From Chiloscyllium plagiosum (lineage: Eukaryota): DNA of 64,000 nucleotides. Position numbers and translations under genes: made by a program. How positions within the stretch are numbered: position 1 is the first letter of the stretch; each line of letters opens with the position of its first letter. The notes beneath the pieces were generated by a model. That model was not told the DNA's origin. It did not search any database and saw only the letters and a program-made list of their open reading frames with translations. The stretch covers positions 5,230,325-5,294,324 of the forward strand of contig NC_057718.1 of the NCBI RefSeq assembly GCF_004010195.1, in the 5' to 3' direction. Below are positions 51,801 through 64,000 of the stretch, piece by piece.

Positions 51801-54064
51801 CGCATATATAGAGATTTTACTTTTATTAATATACGTGAAAACAAGGTACAGGAGCAAATTATTGCAGATGCTACAATCTGTACTGAAACAACAAATGCTG
51901 GTGATCACAGCGGGTCAGGCAGCATCCTGCTGTGATTGCTAGCATTTATTGTTTTCAGTACAAATTCCAGTATCTGCAGCAATTTGCTCCAACATTTTGT
52001 TTAATCGACTACCACATCTCTTCGAGGAATGCTTACCCTGAAGAAGTTTTGCTCTTCCCATGACAGGAAATCCTGTTGACACTCAATGTCAGCTTGCTCT
52101 ATCCCCATAGATGCTGTCTGGCCTGCTGTGATCACCAGCATTTGTTTTCAATACATTAAAACAAGGTGTGGAGGACACATTGAAGTGTGTGATACTGACA
52201 CAAGAAAGACAAAGGCAAAAACTGAAAGGAAATTGGTCAAGGGATTGGATGAACACCAAGGAGACTTACCCACACTCTTCTTTAGAATAATGAATCTTCT
52301 CCATCAACTTGAGAGGGGGGAAAATGGAGCATTAGTTTTATATATATAGCTGACAGTATAGCACTCCATCACTAGTGCATTGGGATTGTCAGCCTGGATT
52401 TCATCCTCAATTTTCTCAGGTGGATTTTCTGAATCAACTCGGAGGTGAAAGCATCGCCAACTAAGCCATTCCTGGTTATATAATCAGCAGGAATGAGAGT
52501 GGTCAAGGACAAGAAAGATCTGTTTGGAAATTTGTTTTTGTGACTAAGGAATTATGTACACATTACCATGCGAAGCCACTATGACATGCAAAGCTGGAAA
52601 ATTAGAGCACTTATTAAGATGCGTGGTGGAACACAAATGCTTCTAGACTTCCAGGAGGGCAGAAACATTACTCTTTGTTTCCTTCCATTACTACCAAGAC
52701 TGTGCACCAATGGACTTGTCCAAATTTATGAAAAGGATTAGAGCTTTTCATGAAGTAAGTATATTTAACACGGGATACTATATTTAGTCTATACTAACAC
52801 TTTTTGGGACAAGTTTCTCCTCATGGCTTTGGCCACTTTGGAGGCATTGTTGCATGCAGAGTTGTTGGACGCCCTTCTTTGGATTTTCAGTCACCTGTTA
52901 TCCAGCTTTGTCTTCATCATCTTACAGAGTGTTGGACTGTTCATCGATTATTTGCTTGTAATGAGCGATAAAATGCACCCAAAGTCTCAAACATGGCACC
53001 AGTGTGACCAATCAGAATAACCACTGTGATTCCATGCCCTAAAGCATCTACCTGGGTTTCTGGTTTTAATCCAGCACGGAAGGTTTGAAATGCAATTAGG
53101 CATGCTTCCAGAATCAACTCAATTAGAGGTAACTAAACCAGCACACATTCCTGAAGACACATACTCACTGAAAATATGAAGATAAATCTGAAACTGTTAA
53201 ATTTGAATATGGAGCTGATGCCAACAGATTTTTTTCAATTGCTTTTAGGCAAATCGATTTCAAGACAAATAGTAACCCTTAGCAACTCAGCAAACACTGC
53301 ATGTAGATTTTATCAGGGATACTAGTACATTGGATAATTATTTTCATTGCTTTTTATCTGCAAACCAGGAATGCGAGTAGGAAATTTGACTTTTTATCCT
53401 GCACTGACATTTAATTGGATCTTGGCTGATTTATCTGCATTTTGGACTCCTTATTCAAGGAAGATATAAAATTCAGCAGAGGCAGTTTGGAGATTTATTA
53501 ATTTAATATCGGGAATGAGTGTGTTGCCTTATAAGGAAAGTTTTAACAGACTTATATGAAGACCATATCTTGTAATTTCTGTGTTATTTTAGGACAGAAG
53601 TAAGAAAGAAATGTCATTGTTGGATAGCTACACTTTTTTAAAGATTTACCGGATACTCACTGTGAGTGGTGTTTACACTGCTGTTTGCCAAGTGGGGGAA
53701 GGTTAGTTGCAGACAACCTGGAGCCAGGGGACTTTGTTCAAATGGAAATTTGACCAGTGATTTGCTAAATGGTGATCAGTAGTCGATGACAAATTCCGCC
53801 ACCTCCAAACAGACCCCACCACCAGGGATATATTTCCCTCCCCACCCCTCTCCGCCTTCCGCAAAGACTCCAGAATCTGGTTTCCAGCATCTGCAGTCAT
53901 TGTTTTTACCTCGACAAAAACTTCCTGTCTGCCAACAAGTCTGAGTGGTTAAATACTAAACAAAACACAAAAGAATTGTAGATGCTGGAAATCAAAAATA
54001 AAAATAGAAATTGATGTAAGATTTTAGCAGGACTGGCAACTCTGCAAAGAGAAATCACAGTTAA

Positions 54065-54374
54065 TTAGATTACATTACAATGTGGAAACAGGCCCTTCGG
54101 CCCAACAAGTCCACACCGACCCGCCGAAGCGCAACCCACCCATACCCCTACATTTACCCCTTACCTAACACTACGGGCAATTTAGCATGGCCAATTCACC
54201 TGACCCTGCACATCTTTGGACTGTGGGAGGAAACCGGAGCACCCGGAGGAAACCCACGCAGACACGGGGAGAACGTGCAAACTCCACACAGTCAGTCGCC
54301 TGAGTCGGGAATTGAACCCGGGTCTCTGGCGCTGTGAGGCAACAGTGCTAACCACTGTGCCACCGTGCCGCCCA
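54065..54374 (-). mobile_element. HE1/V-SINE-like SINE, young copy
   Basis: Full length with intact A/B boxes (GGCACAGTGGTTAGCAC; GGGTTCAATTCC). Confidence 0.9.
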
Positions 54375-54819
54375 CAAATGTTTTGGGTCCTGTGACCCTT
54401 CCTCAGAACCTCACACTGAACAGCTGAGGTGTGAACACTCTGGTCAGAAGCTATCAAGCCTCAGGAAGGAGTTGCCTCCTCCCTGACCTATCACCTTCAT
54501 CCCCTCCCCCACTCACCTATTGTACTCTATGCTACTTTTTCCCCACCTCCACCCTCCTCTAGCTTATCTCTCCACGCTTCAGTCTGTCTGCCTTTATTCC
54601 TGAAGGGCTTTTGCCCAAAACGTCGATTTTACTGCTCCTTGGATGCTGCCTGAACTCCTGTGCTCTTCCAGCACCACTAACCCAGAATCTGATTTCCAGC
54701 ATCTGCAGGCATTGTTTTTACCTTGTGACTTGTAACTACAAGGTCAGAGATCTTTACTCGGGTAAACCAGTCAGGTTGTGCCTCTTACAAACAATGAGAG
54801 TACCTGGAGAAGGAAGATC

Positions 54820-55137
54820 AGATTAGACTAGAATACTTAGTGTGGAAACAGGCCTTTCGGCCCAACAAGTCCACACCGACCTTCCGAAGAGCAACTCGCC
54901 CTGACCCATTCCCCTACATTTGCCCCCTCACCTAATACGGCGAGCAATTTAGCATGGTCAATTCATCTAACCTGCACATCTTTGGACTGTGGGAGGAGAC
55001 TGGAGCACCCGGAGAAAACCCAAACAGACGCAGGGAGAATGAACAAACTCTACACAGACAGTTGCCCAAGGTGGGAATTGAACCCAGGTCTCTGGCGCTG
55101 TGAAGCAGCAGCGTTAACCACTGTGCTACCGTGTTGC
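54820..55137 (-). mobile_element. HE1/V-SINE-like SINE
   Basis: Same consensus, more diverged. Confidence 0.85.
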
Positions 55138-57198
55138 CTGTACTATGAGAACTATGGTCTGATTAGTAAAAGGATAATCTCAGTGAACTCTGTGGATCAG
55201 ACCCACTTAACTGCTTCCCCATTTTCTCCTCCAACCATATCATCACATTTTTGTGTGTGTATAGTGAGTTCTATATGTGGATTAGACTTTTGACAAGTAG
55301 AGTTTTACATTTTAATGATTTAATAGCTTAAATCTATAATACAGTAATTCCTAAGTACAGAAACTAGGCCTATGCTCAGTCAACCTGAATCAAACACAGG
55401 TAAATTGGGGAAATCTACATATTTTTAACAAAATGTTTTAACATTTGACAGCGTTCCAGGAAGGCAAGGCTGATTTTGCAACTTGATTTCTTGTGTAATG
55501 TAACACTGGGTAGTCATGATTGGGGTTAGAAGAGCAAGTGACCACTTGATTGAAGTTTCTATGATCGTGAATGGTCTTGACAAGGTGGATATGTTTACTC
55601 TTGTGTGAGAGACCAAAACCAGGGGACTTCTGAAATAAAATTGTCAGTCACTTTAGGGCAGAGACAAGGAGTAATCTTTTGAGGCTTGTGTGACTTAAAA
55701 ATTCTGTGGCAGAAGATGGAGGTGGGGGTTATTGAGTACTTAAGGAATTTTAGACTTTTGTTTGGCACAGGAAAACAAAGGTAATTGGAGTAACAGAAAT
55801 GTAAAATAAAAGGAGTGTAAGGATTGGAACATCTCAACCATAGTTTATTGAATAGCAGAGCACATTTTGAAGGGCCAAATGGCTTAACTCTCCTAATTCA
55901 TTTGGAACACACAAAAAAGGACAAAAAATTGTGTTCTATAAATTCAATGCTCTTTGACCAAGGACCATCCATTTAACTCGGCATGTTATATTTCAGAGTA
56001 ACAAAAAGAAAAATGGCAAAACAACTGAAGTATTAAAAACTCAATTAACTGAGCCACAGATAGCATAATGATATACATCTAAGTAAAGCAGTTTGTTTCT
56101 CCAGTTTAATCAAAATCTTTTACAAATTACAATTTGTAGAATTCGAGGTCCAGCAAAACCAGAGTAGGAATAAACTGGCAACGCAAGAGGTCCAAAACCC
56201 TCACTTCTGAATGAAGAGAGATTTTCTCAATGACCTAGTCATGGTTGAGGATGCTTCAAACTTGGCTGAACAATCACTGTTGAAACAGTACTGTTTACAT
56301 AAAAAATCCCCAGAACATCGTTCAACAGATCACAAATGTTTTATGAAAATCACTTGATTGAAAATAGCAAAACCTTTCTAAAATCAGTGACATTCCAAGT
56401 TAATTCAACTTAAATAAAAAATACAAGTGGCCATGCATGTCATCATGCATGGGTTTCAAGGAATTTTTCTACTTTGTTGGCAACCATTTATTCACATGCT
56501 AATATAAAGGCTTTTTCTAAAGTTCAGTCGCTGGGGAAGGCTCAACATTGCTGTTGATCCACATAGTTTTTTACTCGGAGGGGCAGTCTTTATACCGTTT
56601 ACGAGGCAAATCATTCTTAGAAGCTTTTTCATGCAGTAACCATCTGTGTAGACACTGGGTATTTTTCTAATTCTCATTTTAAAGATTCTTTCAAGGCCTT
56701 CATAACAGCATTGGGCTTCAGTTTCAATATCAGTAGCCACCTCCCAATAGACAAAGTCAAGCAGAAAGCTCCTCACTGATGGAGGTGTATGGAGACCATT
56801 CCATTTAACTGGCAGGAAAGCAGATAGTCTTTATAAGATTCCTTTCCTTAGTTGCTTGAGGTCACATTGCCAAAGTGAGTGAAAATCACAAGTAATTCAC
56901 TGGATGTATTCAGATCGTCTTGAAACGGTGAAATTTCACTTCTGTTGACAATGACAAAAATGTCACTTGTGAAAGCAAATCAGATGGACAGCCACTTTTG
57001 CAACAGAATTTAGTGGTCTGCGATCATTTACCTGTAAAATAATTCCATTTTTCAAAACAGTCATCTGCTTTTATAAAGACAATATTTCAGATGAATAACA
57101 AAGTTTTAAATCAAATGCAAGTCCTTGTATTGACAGAGCCCTGAGACAAGTGCGGACTCCCTTGCTGCTGGAGAAAGATGAGTGGATTCCTTTGCTTG

Positions 57199-57202
<4 letters not shown>

Positions 57203-57246
<44 letters not shown>

Positions 57247-57250
57247 AGGA
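57203..57250. repeat. (AG)n microsatellite
   Basis: Directly visible. Confidence 0.95.
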
Positions 57251-58121
57251 TGACTGAAGAACCTGGGGAAGGCACAGAGCTGGATCCACCTGGACAAGAC
57301 AGGGTGCAGTTCTCAAGAGTCATATCGAATCCTTAACTGTTTTTTTCTCCCCACAGATATTGCCAGACATGTTGAATTTTTCCAGCATTTTCTATGTTGG
57401 TTTCAGATTTCCAGCATCCTGCAACATTTTGCTTTTATTTGGGTACAGGAACGATGCCATGCTGGAAGTGGGTTGGATCAATCCCTCAGTTGTTGACAAA
57501 GACATTGCATGTGGTGGCAAATGGGAGGGCCAAAATTCAAGTCAGAGTTTTGGAGGGGAATGGAGCACAAGCACCATTTGTGCCCTAAAGCCACATCACT
57601 CCTCCCCAACAGCCACAGAGTAGCTCTCCCTCATAAGCCAACCTTCACAAATATCCTTATCCAACTCAACCCTCCTCCATCCAAGTCTCCTTTGCACTCC
57701 ACCAATAAATCCTTGCAACCTCCCATACTTCACCCAAATCCCTCACCCGTTCCCTTCTCATACAACTCCATTCCTCCAGCCACATCCATCCCCCCTCTGA
57801 ACACATCATCCCTCAGGTAAAAACAATGACTGCAGATGCTGGAAACCAGATTCTGGATTAGAGGTGTTGGAAAAGCACAGCAGTTCAGGCAGCATCCGAG
57901 CATCATCCCTCAGCCTACACCTGTAACCATCCCAAACTCAGTATCTTCCTTATCCTCCAGCTGTATTCCCCTTTTCCTCCACGTAACTCCACACGTATCC
58001 CAGTCACCCTCCACATATTTCCCACCCTAACATAGCACCCCCACATATCCCCTCCTCATCCTCCAATCATTTGTTCCCCACACCTAATAATGCCCAACAT
58101 CTCCTCCTGCACACCTATACC

Positions 58122-58174
58122 NNNNNNNNNNNNNNNNNNNNNNNNNNNNNNNNNNNNNNNNNNNNNNNNNNNNN
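58122..58174. other. Assembly gap (53 N)
   Basis: Run of N. Confidence 1.
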
Positions 58175-58261
58175 CCAGACCTCAACCCCCCCAGCTCGCC
58201 ACATATCCCCTTCGCATCTCCATATCTATTTACCCCCCCAATTACAACACCCCAGGCCCTC

Positions 58262-58522
58262 TCAGGCCTCCTCGGGCTTGTCGGGCGGGGGCCCGCACGG
58301 CTGCAGCATCTTCTCCATGAGGTTGAAGCGGACCCGGGCCTTGGTTTCGTTCTCGGCCACGGCGAAGTAGTTGAGGAGGTCGAAGTGGCCCATGTACGAG
58401 GCGTACGAGTCGCGGTGCTGGTTGACGAGCCACTCCCACTTGGTGGTGTCGGCGTGCCCGGTTCCGATGTACTTGGACTGGAGATGCTCCAGCTGGCTGT
58501 GGATGTTGTAACGGTCAGTCAT
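58262..58522 (-). CDS. SF3B5: Splicing factor 3B subunit 5 (SF3b10), 86 aa, CDS uninterrupted
   Basis: MTDRYNIHSQLEHLQSKYIGTGHADTTKWEWLVNQHRDSYASYMGHFDLLNYFAVAENETKARVRFNLMEKMLQPCGPPPDKPEEA is near-identical to vertebrate SF3B5. True ATG at 58522; the ORF track's extension starts at a non-ATG codon. CpG-rich. Confidence 0.97.
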   Translation of the reverse strand: MTDRYNIHSQLEHLQSKYIGTGHADTTKWEWLVNQHRDSYASYMGHFDLLNYFAVAENETKARVRFNLMEKMLQPCGPPPDKPEEA

Positions 58523-58524
58523 TG

Positions 58525-58980
58525 CGATGATGGCGGCGGTGGCTCTCCCCCCGAGAGGTTCAAATTCGAATCCCAACCGTCAACCGCCCTCCGAGGAAAA
58601 CCCAATATGGCCGCTGTTACCATGGTTATCTCCACGTGTCCCTCAAAAAAACAGCCACCAGTACAAATTGATGAAAACTAACTTAAAATGAAGTCGTAAT
58701 TTTGTTTCAACGTTAAATAAAATCTTGCTAAACAATGGTTTTAAAAATTAATGTATATTCTTGCGCAGGCGCATTAGGATAACATGCATAGAAGCCACGC
58801 CCCATCCCAGGCGACTTTTTTCACGTACTAATTGGAATGAAAAACCGAGCCTTACCAAACAAAAACACTGACGAGAGTATGATTAGTTTTAACATAAAAT
58901 ATTTTTTTTAGTGAATCGGTGTAACTAAATTGAACGGTAATGGTGCGCAGGCGCATTGGCTGTTGAAGCCACGCCCCGTG
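58525..58980 (-). promoter_or_regulatory. SF3B5 housekeeping promoter
   Basis: NRF1 motif TGCGCAGGCGCA at 58762-58773 and 58944-58955. KLF/SP motif GAAGCCACGCCCC at 58791-58803 and 58965-58977. ATTGG (CCAAT box) at 58955-58959. YY1-like AATATGGCCGC at 58604-58614. Confidence 0.7.
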
Positions 58981-59142
58981 GCTGTTACAACCGCACTCTG
59001 CCCCCTAGGTTGGAGGACCGCTGCTGTGTGGTATTGCATTCACATTCATTCCAATCCACCAACTGATTTCACTCCTCACCATAGCCAAGGTACATGTGAC
59101 AATAATAAATTAAATTTCAGCTCGTACTTTTTATAGAATCTC

Positions 59143-59855
59143 CAGCATAAGAGGTACAGTTAGTAATTTTACAGATGACACCAAAATTGGAGGTGTAGTG
59201 GACAGTGAATGAGGTTACCTCAGATTACAACAGGATCTTGACCAGATGGGCCAATGGGCTGAGAAGTGGCAGATGGAGTTTAATTCAGATAACTGCGAGG
59301 TGCTGCATTTTGGGAAAGCAAATCTTAGCAGGACTTATACACTTAATTATAAGGTCCTAGAGAGTGTTGCTGAACAAAGAGACCTTGGAGTGCAGGTTCA
59401 TAGCTCCTTGAAAGTGGAGTCGCAGGTAGATTTGAGCTATAGGGAGAGGCTGAACAGACTTGGGCTGTTTTCCCTGGAGCGTCAGAGGCTGAGGGGTGAC
59501 CTTATGGAGGTTTACAAAATTATGAGGGGCATGGATAGGATAAATAGACAAAGTCTTTTCCCTGGGGTGGAGAGTACAGAACTAGAGGTCATAGGTTTAG
59601 GGTGAGTGGAGAAAGATATAAAAGGGACCTAAGGGGCAACCTTTTCACACACAGGGTGGCACGTGTATGGAATGCGCTGCCAAAGGAAGTGGTGGAGGCT
59701 GGTACAATTGCAACATTTAAAAGGCATCTGGATGGGCATATGAATAGGAAGGGTTTGGAGGGATATGGACCGGGTCTGGCAGGTGGGATTAGATTGGGTT
59801 GGGATATCTGGACGGTTTGGACCGAAGGGTCTGTTTTCATGCTGTACATCTCTAT
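59143..59855 (+). mobile_element. CR1 3' fragment with internal deletion
   Basis: MGQWAEKWQMEFNSDNCEVLHFGK...RLRGDLMEVYKIMRG. Confidence 0.9.
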
Positions 59856-60159
59856 ACAGTGCAGAAAGGCTGTGCACAGACCCTCTGAAGAGCGTCACAC
59901 CCAAACCCAGCCCCTTACCCTAAACCTGTAACTCTGCATTTACCACAGCTGATGCACCCAGCCTGCAACATCGCTGGACACCATGGACAATTTAGCATGA
60001 CCAATCCACTTAACCCCATCTTTGGACTGTGGGAGGAATTCGGAACATTCAGCAGAAACCCAAGCAGACACAGGGAGAACATGCAAACTCTACACAGCGA
60101 GGGAATTGAAGCCAGATGCCTGGTACTGTGAGGCACCAGTGCTAACCACTGTGCCACCC
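59856..60159 (-). mobile_element. HE1/V-SINE-like SINE, diverged
   Basis: ggcacagtggttagcactgg...cccacagtccaaagatg. Confidence 0.75.
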
Positions 60160-60559
60160 TTGATCAGCATGTTGAATAGTCCAACTTAGATTGGGACAAT
60201 AAACAATTGCCTCTCCTTTGCAATAAATATCAAATCATCTTCAAGTTGCTTCATCAATGAGCTTCACTCCATCATAAGGTCAGAAGTGGAGATGTTCGCT
60301 AATAATTGCACAATGTTCAGCACCATTTACAGCTCCTCAGACACTGAAGCAAACCGTCTTCGAATGAAACAAGATCTGGACAATATCTAGGCTGACAAGA
60401 TCTAGGTATGATCTTTGCAAAGCCATCAGGAACACCAAGAGACAACCCCAGACTAAACCAGAGTCCTAGACTAACCAGAGAAACACACATCGACTGTGGC
60501 AAGGCTTACACGATATAACAGGTTACAGAGCCCTGACATCCTCGGATGCTCCTGTACCC

Positions 60560-61770
60560 ACAGTCACCTCAGCAGATGTCAGACTCGCCTTCTTGAGGGT
60601 GAATCCATGGAAAGCGATTTGTCCGGATGGGAGTCCCTGACTGTGAACGCTGATCCTGCCCAGAGAAGCTGTTGGGAGTATTTGCAGACACCTTTAACCT
60701 TTTCTTACTGCGATGTGAGGTCCCCCTGCTCCAAGAAGACCATTCTCATCCTAATGCCAAAGAAGACTCAGGCAGCGTGCCTTAATGATCACATTAAGGT
60801 GGTTTTGACATCCATCATTCTGAAGGTTTCAAGAGGTTAGTAATGAGACAAAGCAACTCCAGCCTCCCAGATTGCCTTGATCCACTACAATTCTCCTATC
60901 ATCACAATAGATCCATGGCAGACACCATCTCCTTGGCCCTACACTCATCCCTGGTACATCTGGTTAACAAGGAGACCGACGTCAGACTTATTTATTGACT
61001 CTAGCTCTTTCTTCAATACTATAATTACCACAAAACTAATCTCCAAACTCTGAGACCTAGGAACCTGCTCTTCCTCCTGTAACTGGATCCTGGACTTCCT
61101 GACCCGTAGACCACAAACAATAAGGACAGGTGACAACCCTTCCACAATAATCCTCCATAGTGGGTTGGATCTCAAACAACAATGAGACAAAGTACAGGAA
61201 GGAGACAGTCAGTTTAATGGCATGGTGTAAAGACAAATATCTCTCCATCAATATCAACAAAATGAAAGAGCTGGTCATTAACTTCAGGAAGTGGAGTGGA
61301 GGACATGCCCCTTTCTGTATCAGTGATGGAGAGCATCAAGTTCCTAGGAGTAAATATCCCTAATAATCTATCTTCATCCACATCAATGCTAGTCAAGAAA
61401 GTAGACCAACGCCTCTACTTCCTCAGAAGGCTAAGGATATTCAGCATGTCTACAATGAATCTTACCAATTTTACAGATGCACTGTAGACAGCATCCTATC
61501 TGGATGCAACACCGCTTGGTATGGAACAGCTCTGCCTAAGACCACAAGAAATTACAGAGAGTTGTGAAGGTGGCCCAGTACATCACAAAGTTTAGATCAA
61601 AGTGGTGCTGGAAAAGCACAGCAGGTCAGACAGCATCCGAGGAGCAGGAAAATCGACGTTTCGGGCAAAAGCCCTTCATCAGGAATAGGTACGTCATAAA
61701 ACCCAACCTTCCAACCATCGAGTCTACAGTTTCCACTGCCTTGGGAAAGCAACCAACATAGTCAACCACC
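60560..61770 (+). mobile_element. Rex1/Babar-like LINE remnant with a short Penelope terminus inserted (~61590-61688)
   Basis: ILMPKKTQAACLNDH...VVLTSII; LDPLQFSY..NRS; AWCKDKYLSININKMKELVINFRK; QRLYFLRRLR. Confidence 0.7.
61651..61686 (-). ncRNA. Minimal type I hammerhead ribozyme motif (Penelope-associated), intact core
   Basis: Identical to the 37189-37224 motif: CUGAUGA-A-GGGC-uuuu-GCCC-GAAAC-GUC. Confidence 0.7.
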
Positions 61771-63529
61771 ACCCCCTCACTGTCACGAGGTCAAAATCTT
61801 GGAACCACCTCCCTAAGAGTCAACCTACAGCACATAGCCTGCAGTGGTTTAAGAAGGCAGCTCACTACCACCTTCTCAAAGGCAACAAGAGATGAGCAAT
61901 AAATGGCTGTCCAGCCAATGACACCCACATCCCATGAGTGAATAGAGAAAACATACCTGTTAGACCTCAACTGAAGTATTTGTAAAATTGCCATAGTGCT
62001 GCAGAAGACTGCGTAGCATCATAGAATCTCTACAGTGCAGATAGAGGCCATTTGGCCCATTGAGTCTGCACAGATCCAATGAAGGGCAACACATGATTAT
62101 TTGGATACAAATAATTTGTGTACATGGGATTATGGGCAAAAGGCAGCAGATTAGCGTTAGGTAATGATGCTTGTTTGAAGAACAGGTGCATGCATGATGG
62201 GGTCAAAATGGCTTCGTTTGGTCCCATAACAATTTTGTGATTTTGCAGTATTATCCTATATGATGTAGGCCATTTGGCCCTTTGAATCTGCTCTGCCCAT
62301 TCAATGGCTGATCTGATAATCCTCAACTCCACTTCCCAGCCTTTTCCCCATAACCCTTGATTTCCTTACTGAATGACAATCTGCCTATCTCAGCCTGTAT
62401 ATACATAATGACTTAACCTCGACGGCCCTCTGTGTTATAGAGTTCCACAGATTCATTTCCCTCTTAATTAAATGGTCTGGGGCTTCAAGCCATCCAGTTC
62501 CCAATGCACATACACACAAACATAATTTAGTTTTAAAATATCTCATTCACAAAAGCTAATCATTTTGTTAAATTGAATCAGTCTCATCAGTGTTTGCTAA
62601 GGTTGGTTTTTATCTGATATTAAATTGAAAAGAGTATCTACATCATCAGCTTCAATTCACTGCTTCCCAGTGCATATGCACATGAAATGTATATATATAT
62701 TTATTAAGAATTTTTTTTAACCAACATTCTGCTTTCCTCTGAACCTCTCGTAAATGGGTGACCCCTTACTCTGAGATGATGCCCTCTGCTCCTAGACTCT
62801 CACAAGGGGAAGTAACCTTTCTGTATCTATCCTATCAAGTCTTGCATGTTTCAGTAAGGTTACCTCTCATCCTTCTCTATTCCAATGAGCACAGGCTTAA
62901 CCTACACAACCTCTCCTCAGAAGGCAGTTCCTGCATACTCAGGGTCAACCGAGTGAACCTTCTCCACTGACTGCTCCAGTAGTAGCATAGCTGAAAATGT
63001 GTTGCTGGAAAAGCGCAGCAGGTCAGGCAGCATCCAAGGAACAGGAGAATCGGCGTTTCGGGCATAAGCCCTTCCAGCAACACATTTTCAGCTCTGATCT
63101 CCAGCATCTGCAGCCCTCACTTTCTCCCAGTAGTAGCATATCCTTCCTGAGATAAAGAGCATGAACAGTTCACTCTATTCCAGCTGTGGTCCAACTACTG
63201 CTTTTATCATTTTTGCAAGAATTCACTTTTTGTACACTCCATTCTCTTTGAAGTAAAGCCAACAATTCATTTGCTTTCCCCATTACTTGCTGAACTTGGA
63301 TGCTAGCTTTCTTGATTCATGCCTCTGTACTGCAGCTTTCCTCAGTCTTTCACCTTTTAAATAATAAGCAGCTTCCTTATTCTTCCTGCATGACTTCACA
63401 CCTTCCCATATTATAGTCCATATGACAAGTTTTTGCCCACTCAAACTCTATCTATATCCCTCCGCAGTGTCTCTGTGTCATTCTTATGGCTGGCTATCAT
63501 TCTTCCCTGTGATGGGTCATCACTTGTGG

Positions 63530-64000
63530 AACATAGAACAATACAACGCAGAACAGGCCCTTTGGCCCTCGATGTTGCGCCGACCTGTGAACTAATCTAA
63601 GCCCGTTCCCCTATACCATCCCATCAGCATCCATGTGCTTATCCAAGGATTGTTTAAATCTCACTAATGTTGCTGAAGCCCCTCGTACAAGCTGACGTCA
63701 TCATCCTTAGAAAAAGATTTTCACTGTCTAGCCTATCTAATCCTCTGATCATCTTGGGTGTCTCTATCAAATCCCCTCTTAGCCACCTTCTTTCCAAAGA
63801 GAATAGACCCAAGTCTCTCAGCTTTTCCTCATAAGACCTTCCCTCCAGATCAAGCAATATCCTGGTAAATCTCCTCTGCACCTTTTCCAATGCTTCCACA
63901 TCCTTCCTGTAATGGGGTGACCAGAAATGTACACACTTTTCCAAGTGCGGCCACACTAACATTTTGTATAGTTGCAGCATGATATTATGGCTTCGGAACT
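63530..64000 (-). mobile_element. CR1 3' fragment running off the window end
   Basis: LYKMLVWPHLEKCVHFWSPHYRKDVEALEKVQRRFTR. Confidence 0.88.

Noticed and set aside
58262..58522. SF3B5 as a processed pseudogene
   Set aside because: The ORF is intact, CpG-rich, has promoter motifs and is syntenic. Human SF3B5 also has an uninterrupted CDS.
58523..58576. 18-aa N-terminal extension of SF3B5 in the ORF track
   Set aside because: It begins at a non-ATG codon; the conserved protein starts MTDRY at 58522.

Overview
Repeat-dense vertebrate genomic DNA, not prokaryotic. The CR1 LINE, V-SINE/HE1-type SINE and Penelope content points to a cartilaginous fish (inference). It holds two host genes, both on the minus strand: an intact single-exon-CDS SF3B5 (58262-58522) and, downstream of it, a PLAG-family C2H2 zinc-finger gene. 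Finger residues and linkage to SF3B5 identify the second as the PLAGL1/ZAC1 orthologue. The main result is that five extra upstream coding exons (20585-20603, 17551-17706, 16131-16243, 14653-14802, 13389-13505) splice with canonical GT-AG sites and matching phases onto the PLAG exons (10827-11248, 4445-5714). The joined frame is 2247 nt (748 aa): zinc knuckle + PRDM10/15-type PR/SET domain + extra C2HC finger + 7 PLAG fingers + PLAG C-terminus. Mammalian PLAG1/PLAGL1/PLAGL2 have no PR domain, so this looks like a PRDM-PLAG chimera or an ancestral-state PR-PLAGL1. The rest is decayed retroelements: CR1, a second LINE family, a Rex1-like LINE, a Gypsy LTR element with a nested Penelope, and many Penelope termini carrying minimal hammerhead-ribozyme motifs, two of them intact. 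There are also two SINE families, tandem repeats and two N gaps. All calls are by eye, repeat boundaries are approximate, and comparisons to named proteins are from memory.
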